This document shows positions 48,844-60,147 of a stretch of DNA of 64,000 nt, one piece after another (within the stretch, counting starts at the first letter, position 1; every line of letters begins with the position of its first letter). The DNA comes from an uncultured Planctomycetales bacterium (GTDB lineage Bacteria > Omnitrophota > Gorgyraeia > Zapsychrales > Fredricksoniimonadaceae). The stretch is taken from NCBI GenBank assembly GCA_964572155.1, contig CAZNDZ010000001.1:910290-974289 (forward strand), in the 5' to 3' direction. The position numbers and the translations under genes were made by a program. The notes beneath the pieces were generated by a model. It was not told where the DNA came from, made no database searches, and saw only the letters and a list, made by a program, of their open reading frames with translations.

Positions 48844-49430
48844 GCTTAACAGGAAGCATAGGTACAGGCAAAAGTACGGTGGCAGCCATGTTTGCATTAA
48901 AAGGCGTTAAGGTCATTGATGCTGACGCCATCACGAGGGAGCTTTTAACAAAAGATAAAAATTGTATTAAAAAAGTGGCAAAATCCTTTCCAGATGCTAT
49001 ACTTAATAAAGTTAAAATTAACCGTCTAAAACTTGCCGACATAGTTTTTCAAAATCCGCGTGAATTACAAAAACTTACCAAGATTATTTATCCTGAGGCG
49101 CTAAGAAAAGTTAAACAACAGATTTTGTCATATAAGAAGCAAAACCCTTGGATCATATTAGATGTCCCTTTATTATTTGAAGCAGGTTGGGACAAGTTGA
49201 CAGACACAACAATAGTCGTAAAAGCCCGCCGCGATCAGCAAATAACGCGCGTGCAACAACGCATGGGATTAACCAAAGCTCAAATCCAACAGCGATTAAA
49301 AATGCAACTTCCGCTACGTCAAAAGTGCCAAATGGCGGATATCATCATCGATAATAGTGGCACCATCAATCAGACGCGCACTCAGGTCAGCGCGATATTT
49401 CATAGATTAAACACACGTAAAGTAAACTAG
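48831..49430 (+). CDS. coaE: Dephospho-CoA kinase
   Basis: '[21 protein letters not shown]' P-loop; 199 aa. Confidence 0.85.
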   Translation: MPVIGLTGSIGTGKSTVAAMFALKGVKVIDADAITRELLTKDKNCIKKVAKSFPDAILNKVKINRLKLADIVFQNPRELQKLTKIIYPEALRKVKQQILSYKKQNPWIILDVPLLFEAGWDKLTDTTIVVKARRDQQITRVQQRMGLTKAQIQQRLKMQLPLRQKCQMADIIIDNSGTINQTRTQVSAIFHRLNTRKVN

Positions 49431-49441
49431 GAGTTAACAAC

Positions 49442-50773
49442 ATGGGTAGGACCGAAACAACAAAAAACGATAAAGAAGAAAAAGAAAACGGTGATTATAA
49501 GCCAAAGAATCCAGGTGGCAAGACCGTTAATATAGAAGAATTAAAAGAAATGAAAATGGCTGAGCTATCCAAGCTCGCCCGTGATTTAGATGTGCAAGGT
49601 GCGTCCACCTTAAAGAAACAAGATTTGATTTTTAAGATCTTACAAGCTCAAGCTGAAAAAGAAGGTTTGATGTTTGGCGAGGGAACGCTAGAAATTTTAT
49701 CTGAAGGTTTTGGTTTCTTACGCTCTGCCAAATACAATTATTTGCCTTGTCCCGATGACATTTATATTTCCCCATCTCAAATCCGCCGTTTTGACTTAAA
49801 GACCGGCGATACTGTTTCAGGACAAATTAGACCACCTAAGGAAGGTGAAAAATATTTCGCACTTTTAAAGGTCGAGGCTGTCAACTTTGAAAATCCTGAA
49901 AAATGTAAAGATAAGATTTTCTTTGATAACTTAACACCACTTTATCCAAAAGAACGTTTGAATTTGGAAATCGGCCAAGAAGAAGTTACGACGCGGATTA
50001 TCAATTTATTGACCCCATTAGGCAAAGGTCAACGCGCGTTAATTGTGGCGCCACCATTTAGTGGTAAAACTGTTATCATGCAAAAGATGGCAAATTCCAT
50101 CGTGACCAATCATCCTGATGTTGTGTTGATTGTCTTGTTGATCGACGAGCGTCCAGAAGAAGTTACAGATATGCAACGTAGTGTTAAAGGTGAAGTCATT
50201 GCCTCAACGTTTGATGAACCTGCCGAACGCCACGTGCAAATCGCTGAGATCGTCATTGAAAAAGCCAAACGTTTGGTCGAACACAAGAGAGACGTTGTTA
50301 TCTTGCTCGATAGTATCACCCGTTTAGCGCGTGCGTATAACACGGTTGTGCCTCACTCTGGTAAGATCTTATCTGGTGGTGTGGACTCCAATGCCTTGCA
50401 TAAACCAAAACGTTTCTTCGGTGCCGCGCGTAACATTGAAGAGGGTGGGTCACTCACCATCATCGCAACCGCGTTGGTTGATACCGGAAGCCGTATGGAT
50501 GAAGTTATTTTCGAAGAATTCAAAGGTACCGGTAACATGGAATTGCAGTTGGATAGAAACTTATTCCAACGCCGCATCTATCCTGCGATCGATATCAAGC
50601 GTTCTAACACACGTCACGAAGAATTGTTGGTATCTGAAAGCGATCTTCAACGCATGTGGTTATTGCGCAAAGCCTTTAACGACCTTAATTCCGCAGAAGC
50701 GATGGAATTATTGATCAATAAAGTAGGCAAATTCAAGACCAACGCCGACTTTTTGGCGAATATGAACAAATAG
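49442..50773 (+). CDS. rho: Transcription termination factor Rho (with ~30-aa charged N-terminal extension)
   Basis: 'GFGFLR', Walker A 'APPFSGKT', Q- and R-loops; 443 aa. Confidence 0.95.
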   Translation: MGRTETTKNDKEEKENGDYKPKNPGGKTVNIEELKEMKMAELSKLARDLDVQGASTLKKQDLIFKILQAQAEKEGLMFGEGTLEILSEGFGFLRSAKYNYLPCPDDIYISPSQIRRFDLKTGDTVSGQIRPPKEGEKYFALLKVEAVNFENPEKCKDKIFFDNLTPLYPKERLNLEIGQEEVTTRIINLLTPLGKGQRALIVAPPFSGKTVIMQKMANSIVTNHPDVVLIVLLIDERPEEVTDMQRSVKGEVIASTFDEPAERHVQIAEIVIEKAKRLVEHKRDVVILLDSITRLARAYNTVVPHSGKILSGGVDSNALHKPKRFFGAARNIEEGGSLTIIATALVDTGSRMDEVIFEEFKGTGNMELQLDRNLFQRRIYPAIDIKRSNTRHEELLVSESDLQRMWLLRKAFNDLNSAEAMELLINKVGKFKTNADFLANMNK

Positions 50774-50858
50774 CCCTAGTTGTAAACTTTGCTTGCAAAG
50801 CAAGGGGATTTAGGCTACTATATCGGCTTCTAAAGTCAAGTAAACAGGAGTTAACCGT

Positions 50859-51062
50859 ATGAAAGCAAATATTCACCCAAACTATGAAATTGCCACCATT
50901 TCTTGCGCTTGCGGGAATGTGATTAACACACGTGCGACGAAGAAGGCGATTCGTGTGGAAATCTGTTCACAATGCCATCCGTTCTTTACGGGTTCTAAGA
51001 AGTTAGTGGATACGGCAGGACGCATTGAAAGATTCAATAAGCGTTATGCTAAGGGCAAATGA
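50859..51062 (+). CDS. rpmE: 50S ribosomal protein L31
   Basis: '[22 protein letters not shown]...[10 protein letters not shown]'. Confidence 0.9.
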   Translation: MKANIHPNYEIATISCACGNVINTRATKKAIRVEICSQCHPFFTGSKKLVDTAGRIERFNKRYAKGK

Positions 51063-52122
51063 TTTATCCAAGCTTAAGATAAGTGAAGAACGTTTCTTAG
51101 AGCTTGAGAAATTAATGGCGGATGAAACCGTCGCTGCAGATCAATCACAGTACGGAAAACTTGCAAAAGAGTTTTCCGTACTTTCTGATTTAATGGAGCA
51201 TTTTCGCACCTACCAAAAGCTCGAACGTCAGCACCAAGAACTCCAAGACATCATCAGAAATAAAGCCGAAGCTGATTTAAAAGAATTAGCCCAAAGTGAA
51301 TTAGCCGATGTTGAGCCATTGCTTGCACAAGAAACACAATTTTTAACAGATCATTTTGATCCTACCAAAAATCAACCTGACCGTGACATCATCATCGAAG
51401 TTCGTGCGGGAACTGGCGGGTTAGAGGCTAGTTTATTTGCCATGGATTTGTACCGCATGTATACCAAATATGCTGATCGCAAAGGTTGGAAATTGGAACT
51501 GATGGAAATGGCGAGTACCGAAGCGGGGGGATTAAAAGAAGTTATATTCTCTTTAAGTGGTAAAGAATGTTCCAAACGATTAAAGTGGGAAAGCGGCGCG
51601 CATCGCGTGCAGCGTGTTCCGACGACAGAAGCGTCAGGGCGTATCCATACATCCGCAGTTACCGTCGCAGTGATGTTTGAACCAGAAGAAATTGACATTG
51701 AAATTCGACCACAAGATTTGAAGATTGACGTTTATCGCTCATCGGGTCCTGGGGGCCAGAGTGTTAACACCACCGACTCTGCGGTGCGTATCACGCATTT
51801 ACCGACGAACACCGTCGTTGTCTGCCAAGACGAACGTTCGCAATTAAAGAACCGCGCGAAAGCCATGCGCATTTTGCGTGCCCGTATCTTGGATCACATG
51901 CAGCAAGAATCTTATGCCAAGGAAGCCGCATTACGTAAGTCTCAAGTAGGTTCCGGCGACCGCAGCGAGAAGATTCGCACCTACAATTTCCCAGATCGAC
52001 GTGTCACCGACCATCGCATAGGTTTTACCAGCCACCAATTAGAAGCCATTCTAAATGGTGATATGGATGAATTAACCGACGCACTTGTGGCGGCGGAAAG
52101 AGAACTCAAAGAATCTGCCTAA
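51025..52122 (+). CDS. prfA: Peptide chain release factor 1
   Basis: GGQ motif '[12 protein letters not shown]' and codon-recognition tripeptide region '[15 protein letters not shown]'. The start is uncertain: 51025 overlaps rpmE by 38 nt, and an in-frame ATG at 51046 is possible. Confidence 0.85.
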   Translation: MKDSISVMLRANDLSKLKISEERFLELEKLMADETVAADQSQYGKLAKEFSVLSDLMEHFRTYQKLERQHQELQDIIRNKAEADLKELAQSELADVEPLLAQETQFLTDHFDPTKNQPDRDIIIEVRAGTGGLEASLFAMDLYRMYTKYADRKGWKLELMEMASTEAGGLKEVIFSLSGKECSKRLKWESGAHRVQRVPTTEASGRIHTSAVTVAVMFEPEEIDIEIRPQDLKIDVYRSSGPGGQSVNTTDSAVRITHLPTNTVVVCQDERSQLKNRAKAMRILRARILDHMQQESYAKEAALRKSQVGSGDRSEKIRTYNFPDRRVTDHRIGFTSHQLEAILNGDMDELTDALVAAERELKESA

Positions 52123-52893
52123 ATGTCAGAAGAAGAGATCATTTTAAGTCACATCCTCCAATGTTCGCGCGCAGATCTCCTCTTGCGTGGAAAACATCTT
52201 GACCCTTCACAAGAAAAGCAATTCAAAGAATTTTCCGATCGTCGTAAACAAGGCGAGCCGTTGCAATATATTTTAGGCACTTGGAATTTTTATGGGTTGG
52301 AGTTTATGGTGAATCCGGCTGTTTTGATACCTCGGCCTGAAACAGAGATGTTGGTCGATATGGCTTTAAAACAGTTTAAGGGTACGGATATTTTGGATTT
52401 AGGAACGGGTAGTGGGAATATTGCGATTACGATGGCGAAGTTATTGCCGTATGTTCAAGTCACGACAGTGGATGTTTCTTTGGATGCGATTGAGGTGGCG
52501 ATTTCAAATGCTCAGGTGCATGGGGTGGAAAGTCGTGTTGAATTTGTGCACGCGGATATGCAGGAATATCTTAAGACATCAGAGAAGAAGTTTGACCTGG
52601 TTATTTCAAATCCGCCCTATATCCCAACGCCTGACATGGTGCATTTGCCTCAAGATGTGAAGCAAGAACCTGTGCTTGCATTAGATGGTGGGCCTGATGG
52701 TTTAGATTTTTATCGGTTTATCATAAACACAAGTCCACGCTTGATCTCATCAGGGGGATACCTTATGATGGAGTTTGGCGACGGTCAAGCAGATGCTTTA
52801 AAGGCATTAGCCCAAAGCCAACCGTTATTTTCCCAATGTGAAATTTTAAAGGATTTAGTAGGTAAGGATAGGATCATTGTGTTGCATAGATAG
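52123..52893 (+). CDS. prmC: Release-factor glutamine N5-methyltransferase
   Basis: 'ILDLGTGSGNIAI' SAM motif I and 'ISNPPYIP' NPPY motif; downstream of prfA. Confidence 0.85.
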   Translation: MSEEEIILSHILQCSRADLLLRGKHLDPSQEKQFKEFSDRRKQGEPLQYILGTWNFYGLEFMVNPAVLIPRPETEMLVDMALKQFKGTDILDLGTGSGNIAITMAKLLPYVQVTTVDVSLDAIEVAISNAQVHGVESRVEFVHADMQEYLKTSEKKFDLVISNPPYIPTPDMVHLPQDVKQEPVLALDGGPDGLDFYRFIINTSPRLISSGGYLMMEFGDGQADALKALAQSQPLFSQCEILKDLVGKDRIIVLHR

Positions 52894-52906
52894 GAGATTT
52901 TAAGAC

Positions 52907-54169
52907 ATGGAAAAATTTGTAATTGAGGGTGGGCGTCGATTAAGCGGGGAAATTCATGTGAGCGGTTCTAAGAATGCCACGTTACCCATTTTAGCAGCCA
53001 CCTTATTGACCGACGGTGTTTGTGAAATCCGTAACGTCCCAAAGTTGCGTGACACGTTAACCATGTGCAAGCTATTACGCTCTTTAGGGAAAACGGTTGA
53101 TATCAGCGGCAACAAGGTGACCATTTCAGGTGCGGTCAATAATCATGAGGCAGACTATAAATTAGTCTCAACCATGCGCGGTTCTTTTTGCGTGTTGGGT
53201 CCATTGCTTGGTAAATTATCCAAGGCCAAGGTGTCCATGCCGGGGGGTTGTGTTATAGGTGTGCGTCCAATTGATTTGCACATGAAAGGCATCATGGCCT
53301 TAGGTGTAAAAGCAGATTTTGATGCAGGGTATGTCATTGCTCATGCCGCTCGTTTAAAAGGCGCACAAATGTATTTAGGCGGAACATTTGGATCGTCGGT
53401 GTTGGCCACAGCGAACGTGATGATGGCTGCAACCTTGGCACATGGTGAGACAATTATTGAATGTGCGGCATGTGAACCCGAGATTGAAGATTTAGGAAAT
53501 TTCTTAAGTGCGATGGGAGCTAAGATCCAAGGTCACGGGACACCGCGCATTGTGATCAATGGGGTTAAGAAACTCAATGGCACAAGCTATAAAATGGCTT
53601 CCGACCGTATTGAGGCTGGAACGTTTTTGCTCATGGCAGCGGCGACAAAAAGTGATATACTTGTCAAGGACGCGCATTATAACCATTTGTTGGCGTTGGT
53701 GGATAAATTGCAATCGATTGGTGCTGAAGTCAAACGTGTCGGTAGCCATGACATTAGGGTTAAATGTAAGAAGACGCTTAAACCTGCAAATATTGTGACC
53801 CATCCACACCCAGGATTTCCAACAGACTTGCAAGCGCAATATATGGCTTTGATGGCGATCACACCAGGGGTTAGTATTATTAATGACCGTGTGTTCCCAG
53901 ATCGTTTCATGCACATTGCTGAGCTTAATCGTATGGGGGCTCAGATCCGTCGGGACACAGGGGTGGCGATTGTAGAAGGTGTTAAACAATTATATGGTGC
54001 GCCCGTTATGGCCTCAGACTTGCGTGCATCCGCGGCGCTGGTTATGGCTGGTTTAGTTGCCAAGGGCAAAACAGAAATTTACCGCATTTATCACTTAGAT
54101 CGCGGTTATGAAAATTTAGACGTGAAGCTCAACAACATTGGGGCAAAAGTATCCCGAGAAAAAGAGTAA
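52907..54169 (+). CDS. murA: UDP-N-acetylglucosamine 1-carboxyvinyltransferase
   Basis: 'IEGGRRLSGEIHVSGSKNATLPILAATLL' is a MurA N-terminus; 420 aa. Confidence 0.9.
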   Translation: MEKFVIEGGRRLSGEIHVSGSKNATLPILAATLLTDGVCEIRNVPKLRDTLTMCKLLRSLGKTVDISGNKVTISGAVNNHEADYKLVSTMRGSFCVLGPLLGKLSKAKVSMPGGCVIGVRPIDLHMKGIMALGVKADFDAGYVIAHAARLKGAQMYLGGTFGSSVLATANVMMAATLAHGETIIECAACEPEIEDLGNFLSAMGAKIQGHGTPRIVINGVKKLNGTSYKMASDRIEAGTFLLMAAATKSDILVKDAHYNHLLALVDKLQSIGAEVKRVGSHDIRVKCKKTLKPANIVTHPHPGFPTDLQAQYMALMAITPGVSIINDRVFPDRFMHIAELNRMGAQIRRDTGVAIVEGVKQLYGAPVMASDLRASAALVMAGLVAKGKTEIYRIYHLDRGYENLDVKLNNIGAKVSREKE

Positions 54170-54178
54170 GACAAGCAT

Positions 54179-54745
54179 ATGATTTTGATGATCGATAATT
54201 ACGATTCATTCACCTATAACTTGGTGCAGTATTTTGGGGAATTAAAAGCTGACATGAAAGTCATCCGCAATGATGATTTAAGCTTATCTCAAATCACCGC
54301 ACTTAAGCCTAAAAAGATCGTTGTGTCACCTGGGCCAGGACGGCCAGAAGATGCGGGGGTTTCCGTCGAGGTGATTAAAAAATTATCCGGTAAAATACCC
54401 ATCTTAGGTGTTTGCCTTGGCCATCAGGGCATAGGCTATGCCTTTGGTGGTAAGATCATACATGCAAAAAAATTAATGCACGGTAAAACCTCTAAAATTG
54501 AGCATACCGGCCAAAATATCTTTAAGAAATTACCTCATCCTTTTGACGCAACGCGTTACCATTCTTTGGTCATTGATAGAAAGACCATTCCCGATTGCCT
54601 TGAAATCACGGCATGGACAACCGATGATAAAGAGATCATGGGTGTGGCCCATAAAACTTTGCCGTTATGGGGCGTGCAATTTCACCCTGAATCTATTCTC
54701 ACAACACACGGGAAAGAGATCTTAGCGAATTTTCTAAAGTTATGA
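54179..54745 (+). CDS. trpG: Anthranilate synthase component II / aminodeoxychorismate synthase glutamine amidotransferase
   Basis: '[19 protein letters not shown]', catalytic 'GVCLGHQ', 'VQFHPES'. TrpG vs PabA cannot be distinguished. Confidence 0.8.
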   Translation: MILMIDNYDSFTYNLVQYFGELKADMKVIRNDDLSLSQITALKPKKIVVSPGPGRPEDAGVSVEVIKKLSGKIPILGVCLGHQGIGYAFGGKIIHAKKLMHGKTSKIEHTGQNIFKKLPHPFDATRYHSLVIDRKTIPDCLEITAWTTDDKEIMGVAHKTLPLWGVQFHPESILTTHGKEILANFLKL

Positions 54746-55755
54746 TGCGTGATTACATTTCAAAGATTGAGCATGGGACAAATTTAAACCATGACGAGAT
54801 CACGTTGTGTCTGGAATTGATCATGTCCGGACATGCGGATTTTGCTGATGTGAAAGATTTTTTATTGGCATTAAATGCCAAAGGCCCGACGGTTGAGGAA
54901 ATTACTGCGGCTGCCATGATCATGCGCCGATATGTAATTCCAATCAAAACAAAACATGGCGTGGTCCTCGATACGTGTGGGACGGGGGGCGATCATGGTA
55001 ATACGTTTAATATCTCGACGGTTGCTGCCATTGTCATTGCGGCCTGTGGGGTGGTTGTGGCCAAACATGGCAATCGCTCCATCACCAGCCGTTGTGGCAG
55101 CGCGGATGTCTTAGAAGCATTGGGGGTTAATTTACAAATCGAAGAGCGTCGTCTAAATCAATGTTTAGACCAAGTTGGTTTGGCTTTCCTATTTGCCCAG
55201 CGGCTACATCCGGCGATGAAAAATGTCGCAACGGTGCGTAAAGAGCTTGGGGTTAAGACGATTTTTAATATCTTAGGTCCACTGACCAATCCCGCATTAG
55301 CATCGCATCAGGTGATGGGGGTTTATAGCCGCGAATTAACCGCGCCGATTGCGCATGTGTTAAAGAATTTAGGATTAAAGCGGGCTTTGGTTGTGCATGG
55401 CAGTGATGGCCTCGATGAGATTACAACGACGGGGAAAACATTTGTCAGTGAGTTTAATGGCAAAGAAATCATTTCCTATGATGTGCATCCTGAGGAATTA
55501 GGTATTGCGTTAGCACAAAAGTCAGATTATATCGGCGGAGATGTTAACGAGAATGCGCAAATTGCTGTCGATGTTTTAAAAGGATCACAAGGTCCCAAGC
55601 GAGATATTGTCTTAGTCAATGCCGCCTATGCGCTTTATACAGCCGCGGCTGTTGATAGCCTAGGTTCAGCCATGCAAATGGCGACGCATGCGATTGATTC
55701 AGGACGCGCTTTTGATAAGTTAGAAGAATTAAAGGAGTTTACCAGTCGTGGCTGA
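54742..55755 (+). CDS. trpD: Anthranilate phosphoribosyltransferase
   Basis: '[28 protein letters not shown]'. Confidence 0.9.
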   Translation: MMRDYISKIEHGTNLNHDEITLCLELIMSGHADFADVKDFLLALNAKGPTVEEITAAAMIMRRYVIPIKTKHGVVLDTCGTGGDHGNTFNISTVAAIVIAACGVVVAKHGNRSITSRCGSADVLEALGVNLQIEERRLNQCLDQVGLAFLFAQRLHPAMKNVATVRKELGVKTIFNILGPLTNPALASHQVMGVYSRELTAPIAHVLKNLGLKRALVVHGSDGLDEITTTGKTFVSEFNGKEIISYDVHPEELGIALAQKSDYIGGDVNENAQIAVDVLKGSQGPKRDIVLVNAAYALYTAAAVDSLGSAMQMATHAIDSGRAFDKLEELKEFTSRG

Positions 55756-56539
55756 GGATTTTTTAAAGAAGATCTATAAAGAAAAATCAGATTTGCTTAA
55801 ATCCAAGTCTGTGTATTATGCCAATTTGAAAAAGAATATGGCGCCCTCGGGGATCAAGGCTTATGAGGTTTTTAAGAAGGCCATTGCCAAAAAGGGTCAG
55901 ATCAATTTAATTGCTGAAGTTAAGAAAGCTTCGCCGTCCAAAGGACTTATTCGTGAAGATTTTGATGCGCTTAAAATTGCTAAGATTTATGCTGATCACA
56001 AAGTCGCGGCCATTTCGGTATTGACGGAAGAGAATTATTTCTTAGGCAAGAGCGCTTATTTGCGCAAGATTAGCGACGAATTTAATGTGCCAACACTTAT
56101 GAAAGATTTTATTATCCATGAGTATCAAATTTTTGAAGGTGCTTTTTGTGGCGCTTCCGCGGTTTTGTTGATCGTGGCCATGCTCGAGGATAATCAATTA
56201 AAAGATTTGATGGCGGCAGCAAAGAGCTTAGGGCTTGATTGTTTGATTGAAGTGCATGATGAGCGTGAAATCGAGCGTGCGGTGAAAGCTAATGCCCAAA
56301 TAATTGGTGTTAATAATCGTAATTTGCATACGTTGGAAGTTGATATAAAAAATTGTTTACGCATGATCCCGTATATTCCGGCCACCACTTTGATTGTGGC
56401 CGAGAGCGGGCTACAAACCCATGAGGATATCTTACGCGTGCAGCAAGCAGGGGCTAATGCCGTGCTCATTGGAGAAACGTTCATGAGCGCCAATAATATT
56501 GGTGCCAAAATAAAGGAAGTGATGTATGGTTCGCATTAA
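55748..56539 (+). CDS. trpC: Indole-3-glycerol phosphate synthase
   Basis: 'LIAEVKKASPSKG', 'IGVNNRNL'; 263 aa. Confidence 0.9.
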   Translation: MAEDFLKKIYKEKSDLLKSKSVYYANLKKNMAPSGIKAYEVFKKAIAKKGQINLIAEVKKASPSKGLIREDFDALKIAKIYADHKVAAISVLTEENYFLGKSAYLRKISDEFNVPTLMKDFIIHEYQIFEGAFCGASAVLLIVAMLEDNQLKDLMAAAKSLGLDCLIEVHDEREIERAVKANAQIIGVNNRNLHTLEVDIKNCLRMIPYIPATTLIVAESGLQTHEDILRVQQAGANAVLIGETFMSANNIGAKIKEVMYGSH

Positions 56540-57173
56540 AGTATGTGGGATAACCAATGAGTTAGACGCAGGTCGTGCCGCAAGAGCTGGCGCTTCTGCC
56601 ATTGGATTTATTTTTTATAAAAAAAGCCCAAGATTTGTGTCTCCTTTTAAGGCCCGCAAAATCATTGAAACTTTGCCACCGTTTGTGGCGACGGTCGGTG
56701 TTTTTGTCAATCAACCCTTTGGTGCTGTGAAAGACATTGTCGAACATTGCGGCTTAAGCGCCGTACAATTGCATGGGGATGAAGATCCTCATTTCTGCAA
56801 TCGCATCCGTCGTTCCAAAGTTAAGGTCATTAAAGTTGTGCGCGTCGGCGATGAGATCAATGTTGCGGCATTAAAAGAGTATAAGGTGGATGCGTTTCTG
56901 TTTGATACCGCAGATGATAAGAATTATGGCGGAACGGGTAAAACCTTTAATTGGAAATTGTTACACGATGTAAAATCTTTGAATATTCCCATCATTTTAT
57001 CCGGTGGCTTGAATCATCAAAATGTCATTGAACCGGTCACTCAATTAAAGCCATACGCGGTTGATGTGAGCAGTTCGATCGAAGAATCAGCTGGTAAAAA
57101 AGATCATAAGAAAATGAAAGAATTCATCGACGTGGTGTCCTATATTTCTGGACCCAACGTGAAAGAGTCATGA
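56526..57173 (+). CDS. trpF: Phosphoribosylanthranilate isomerase
   Basis: 'MVRIKVCGITN...AVQLHGDE'; 215 aa. Confidence 0.85.
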   Translation: MVRIKVCGITNELDAGRAARAGASAIGFIFYKKSPRFVSPFKARKIIETLPPFVATVGVFVNQPFGAVKDIVEHCGLSAVQLHGDEDPHFCNRIRRSKVKVIKVVRVGDEINVAALKEYKVDAFLFDTADDKNYGGTGKTFNWKLLHDVKSLNIPIILSGGLNHQNVIEPVTQLKPYAVDVSSSIEESAGKKDHKKMKEFIDVVSYISGPNVKES

Positions 57174-58153
57174 ACTATTTAACATCCGTTGAAGTTGGAA
57201 AAATCGTGCATGCGGCCGCCTATCAGATCCGTCTGTTTTTAGGTACAGCCAATGCTGCGGATTTTTCAGGGGATTGCAAGGCATCGATCATTGCCTTTCA
57301 CCAAGACCCAAATGAGTTTTCCGATGAGATCTTACTTGAAAAAGGTGCTCATGTGGAGGATGCTCATCGCTATCCGGTGCGCATTGAATTGCGTGGCATT
57401 AATCCTAAAGGGGCTGCCCAGGTGGTGGCCAAGGGCATTTGGGGTCCAGCTCGTAAGAAGGCATTGACAGTTTTACGTCGAGAATTAGCGCATCGTAGTC
57501 AACCGTTAGCCATTCGCATTGCAGGTTCTTCATCGTTTGAATTCAACCGTACAGGTGTTGATAAGAGTTTACCTATTCATTTCTTGCGCACATGCTGGAA
57601 AGATGTTTTGGATCAAATGCAATATAAGCCTGGGCGTTTTATTGATAGTTATAAGAACCGCATTGTCATTGCTGCAGACGGTGATGGGACGATTTATGAT
57701 GGCCCAAAGACAACGCATTTGCCTTTGCTCAAAGATAGCCCTGTATTTGAACCTGTGATGAAATATTTAAAGGCAGGTGGAATTTTTATGCTGGTTTCCG
57801 GCAATGATTTGGGGCGTAGTTTTAAACGCTTGATTGCAGGCATCCCTGAGGAGCATCATCATCAACTCTTGGTTGCGGCAAATGGCGGCGCGGATTTAGC
57901 TTGTGTAGGTGAAGGGATTAAACCAAAGCTGATTAAGGATTACGATACTAAGGCTTTGCAATATATTGAACACGATTATCAACAGCCGCTGTTGGATATT
58001 ATTTATATTGGCGATGATGGTTCTCCTGATGGCAATGATCGCGCTGCGTTTGAAGCCGTGGGGGCGAATCGTAGCTTTCTAGTGTCTACCCTTGAAGATA
58101 CCCGCATGTTATTAGAAAAGTGGATGCATGAGCGAAAAATTGATATTGCCTAA
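57170..58153 (+). CDS. Two-domain protein: unknown N-terminal domain + HAD-superfamily (IIB/Cof-like) phosphatase domain
   Basis: HAD motif I 'AADGDGTIYDG', motif II 'MLVSGND', motif IV 'IGDDGSPDGNDRAAF'. The N-terminal ~170 aa is unassignable. Confidence 0.5.
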   Translation: MNYLTSVEVGKIVHAAAYQIRLFLGTANAADFSGDCKASIIAFHQDPNEFSDEILLEKGAHVEDAHRYPVRIELRGINPKGAAQVVAKGIWGPARKKALTVLRRELAHRSQPLAIRIAGSSSFEFNRTGVDKSLPIHFLRTCWKDVLDQMQYKPGRFIDSYKNRIVIAADGDGTIYDGPKTTHLPLLKDSPVFEPVMKYLKAGGIFMLVSGNDLGRSFKRLIAGIPEEHHHQLLVAANGGADLACVGEGIKPKLIKDYDTKALQYIEHDYQQPLLDIIYIGDDGSPDGNDRAAFEAVGANRSFLVSTLEDTRMLLEKWMHERKIDIA

Positions 58154-58841
58154 AACCCAAGCACCGCAAATGTTCGACAAGATAGCCCGTCGTTATGACT
58201 TGCTAAATCGCTTGTTATCGTTGGGGATGGATATTTCTTGGCGTAACCGTTTAAAAGCGTTGTGCCCCAAGCAAAAGAATTTGAAAGTTTTAGATTTAGC
58301 CAGTGGCACCGCGGATGTGATCATCACCTTGGTTGAAGGTAATGAAAATATTGAAGAAGCCTTAGGCATTGACCCTGCGGTTAAGATGCTAGACGTCGGT
58401 CGTGAGAAAATTGAACGTTTAGGTTTATCATCCCGCATCCGTTTGCAAGAGGGTGATGCTCAAAATTTAGAGTTAGATGATAATCGTTTTGATGTGGTCA
58501 CCATTGCTTTTGGCATACGCAATGTACCTGATATGCGACGAGGTTTGCTTGAGATGTACCGCGTCACCAAACAGGGTGGACAGGTCATGATCTTAGAATT
58601 TTCAAAACCCTCTAATCCCATCTTGGCAGCTGGTCATTGGTTATACCTGAGCACCATTGTCCCATGTGTTGGTTTTCTTTTTTCAGGCAATATCAAAGCC
58701 TATCAATATTTATCTCAGACCATACAATCATTTCCTTATGGAGATAGATTTTGTAAAATTTTAAATCAATTTGGATTTATCAACGTCCGCGCGTATCCAC
58801 TCTTAGGCGGTGTTGCCACCATCTATGTCGCCCAAAAGTAA
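58128..58841 (+). CDS. menG: Demethylmenaquinone/ubiquinone C-methyltransferase
   Basis: 'MFDKIARRYDLLNRLLSLGMDISWR' and SAM motif 'VLDLASGTAD' of the UbiE/MenG family. Confidence 0.85.
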   Translation: MSEKLILPKTQAPQMFDKIARRYDLLNRLLSLGMDISWRNRLKALCPKQKNLKVLDLASGTADVIITLVEGNENIEEALGIDPAVKMLDVGREKIERLGLSSRIRLQEGDAQNLELDDNRFDVVTIAFGIRNVPDMRRGLLEMYRVTKQGGQVMILEFSKPSNPILAAGHWLYLSTIVPCVGFLFSGNIKAYQYLSQTIQSFPYGDRFCKILNQFGFINVRAYPLLGGVATIYVAQK

Positions 58842-60147
58842 ACCTATCTTAGATTTTATGCAAGCCAAAAGCTTGATGGCACAAGCCATTAAAAGCTATG
58901 TACCCTCTGAAGCTGTGACTCGTTTTGAATTTCGCATCAAGCCTATCGATCAAATCCTTTGGTTGTCCAATCAACGTTTTGATGTGAAAGTGTATGGGGC
59001 TAATCAAGAGGAAACAGCGAGCATTGCCGGTGTCGGTGAAGCCTTGGCACTGAGGGGTAAAGGCGCAGTTTCTTATAAAAAGATTTTTGAGCAATTAAGA
59101 CGAGCGTTGAATCCAAGATATCCTTATTTGCAGTGGTATGGAGGTTTTGGCTTTGACCCAAAGAAAGCCGATGCCGCATGGGAAGGTTATGATGCTTGGG
59201 GTTTTGTGATGCCGCGTTTTGAATTAGCCAAAGATAAAAGTCGCATGATATTTTGCTGTAATTTATGTGGGGTAATTGATCAGAAAAAAATCTTAAAGCA
59301 ATTAGAAGATTTGAGGCTTCCACCTGTCGCGTCACCCATCACATTAAATGTTCATAATCGTCGAGATTTTCCTGAGGCTGTTGCATGGTCGGGTGGGGTG
59401 AATGCTGTTTTAAAAAATATTCGCAAAGGTTCAGTTGAAAAAGTTGTACTAGCCCGTAAAACTGATTTTGATCTCAAAGAAAATGTAAATCCATGGATCA
59501 TTCTATACAATTTAAAAAAGGTGACGCCTAACAGTTATCACTTTGCTTTTGAATTTAAAGGGCGTGTTTTTCTTGGGGCATCGCCGGAACGTCTGTATAA
59601 ACGCTTTGGCCGTATGTTGCAAAGCGAAGCTTTAGCAGGCACAAAACCTGCGGCGGTAAAGCCAGATGTTTTGCTTAATTCTGCTAAAGATGGTTACGAG
59701 CACAAGATCGTCGTTGATGCGATCGAGCAGGCTTTAAAACCATTAAGCACTAAGGTTGTCATAACGCCAAAGCCGTTGATTAAAAAATTATCGAATGGCA
59801 TTCATTTGCATACACCCATCCAAGCGCAATTAAAGGATGGTGTTTGTGACGAAGATATTCTAAAATCATTACATCCAACGCCAGCGTTGGGTGGACGGCC
59901 AACAGCGCAAGCCTTGCAAATGATTCGTCGCCTAGAGCCATTTGGCCGAGGGTGGTATGGCGCTCCTGTTGGATATGTCGGCTTAGATTGGGCTGAATTT
60001 GTGGTTGGCATTCGTTCAGGGTTGTTGCATAAGAAAAAACTCTCCGTATATGCAGGGGCAGGGATTGTTAAAGGTTCTGATCCTAGTGACGAGTGGGATG
60101 AGATTGAAAATAAGATCAGCAATTTTTTTAGGATCATCAAACAATGA
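58810..60147 (+). CDS. menF: Isochorismate synthase (menaquinone-specific)
   Basis: Chorismate-binding C-terminal domain 'LHPTPALGGRP', 'GWYGAPVGYV', 'GAGIVKGSDP'. Confidence 0.8.
   Translation: MLPPSMSPKSKPILDFMQAKSLMAQAIKSYVPSEAVTRFEFRIKPIDQILWLSNQRFDVKVYGANQEETASIAGVGEALALRGKGAVSYKKIFEQLRRALNPRYPYLQWYGGFGFDPKKADAAWEGYDAWGFVMPRFELAKDKSRMIFCCNLCGVIDQKKILKQLEDLRLPPVASPITLNVHNRRDFPEAVAWSGGVNAVLKNIRKGSVEKVVLARKTDFDLKENVNPWIILYNLKKVTPNSYHFAFEFKGRVFLGASPERLYKRFGRMLQSEALAGTKPAAVKPDVLLNSAKDGYEHKIVVDAIEQALKPLSTKVVITPKPLIKKLSNGIHLHTPIQAQLKDGVCDEDILKSLHPTPALGGRPTAQALQMIRRLEPFGRGWYGAPVGYVGLDWAEFVVGIRSGLLHKKKLSVYAGAGIVKGSDPSDEWDEIENKISNFFRIIKQ

Noticed and set aside
50774-50858. Possible intrinsic terminator after rho ('GCTTGCaaaGCAAGg')
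   Set aside because: The stem is only 5 bp and there is no T-run. It is not called.
51580-51600. RF1 codon-recognition tripeptide reads P-T-T rather than the usual P-A/V-T
   Set aside because: The middle position of PxT is tolerant. The GGQ motif and the rest of RF1 are canonical, so this is not evidence for altered stop-codon recognition.
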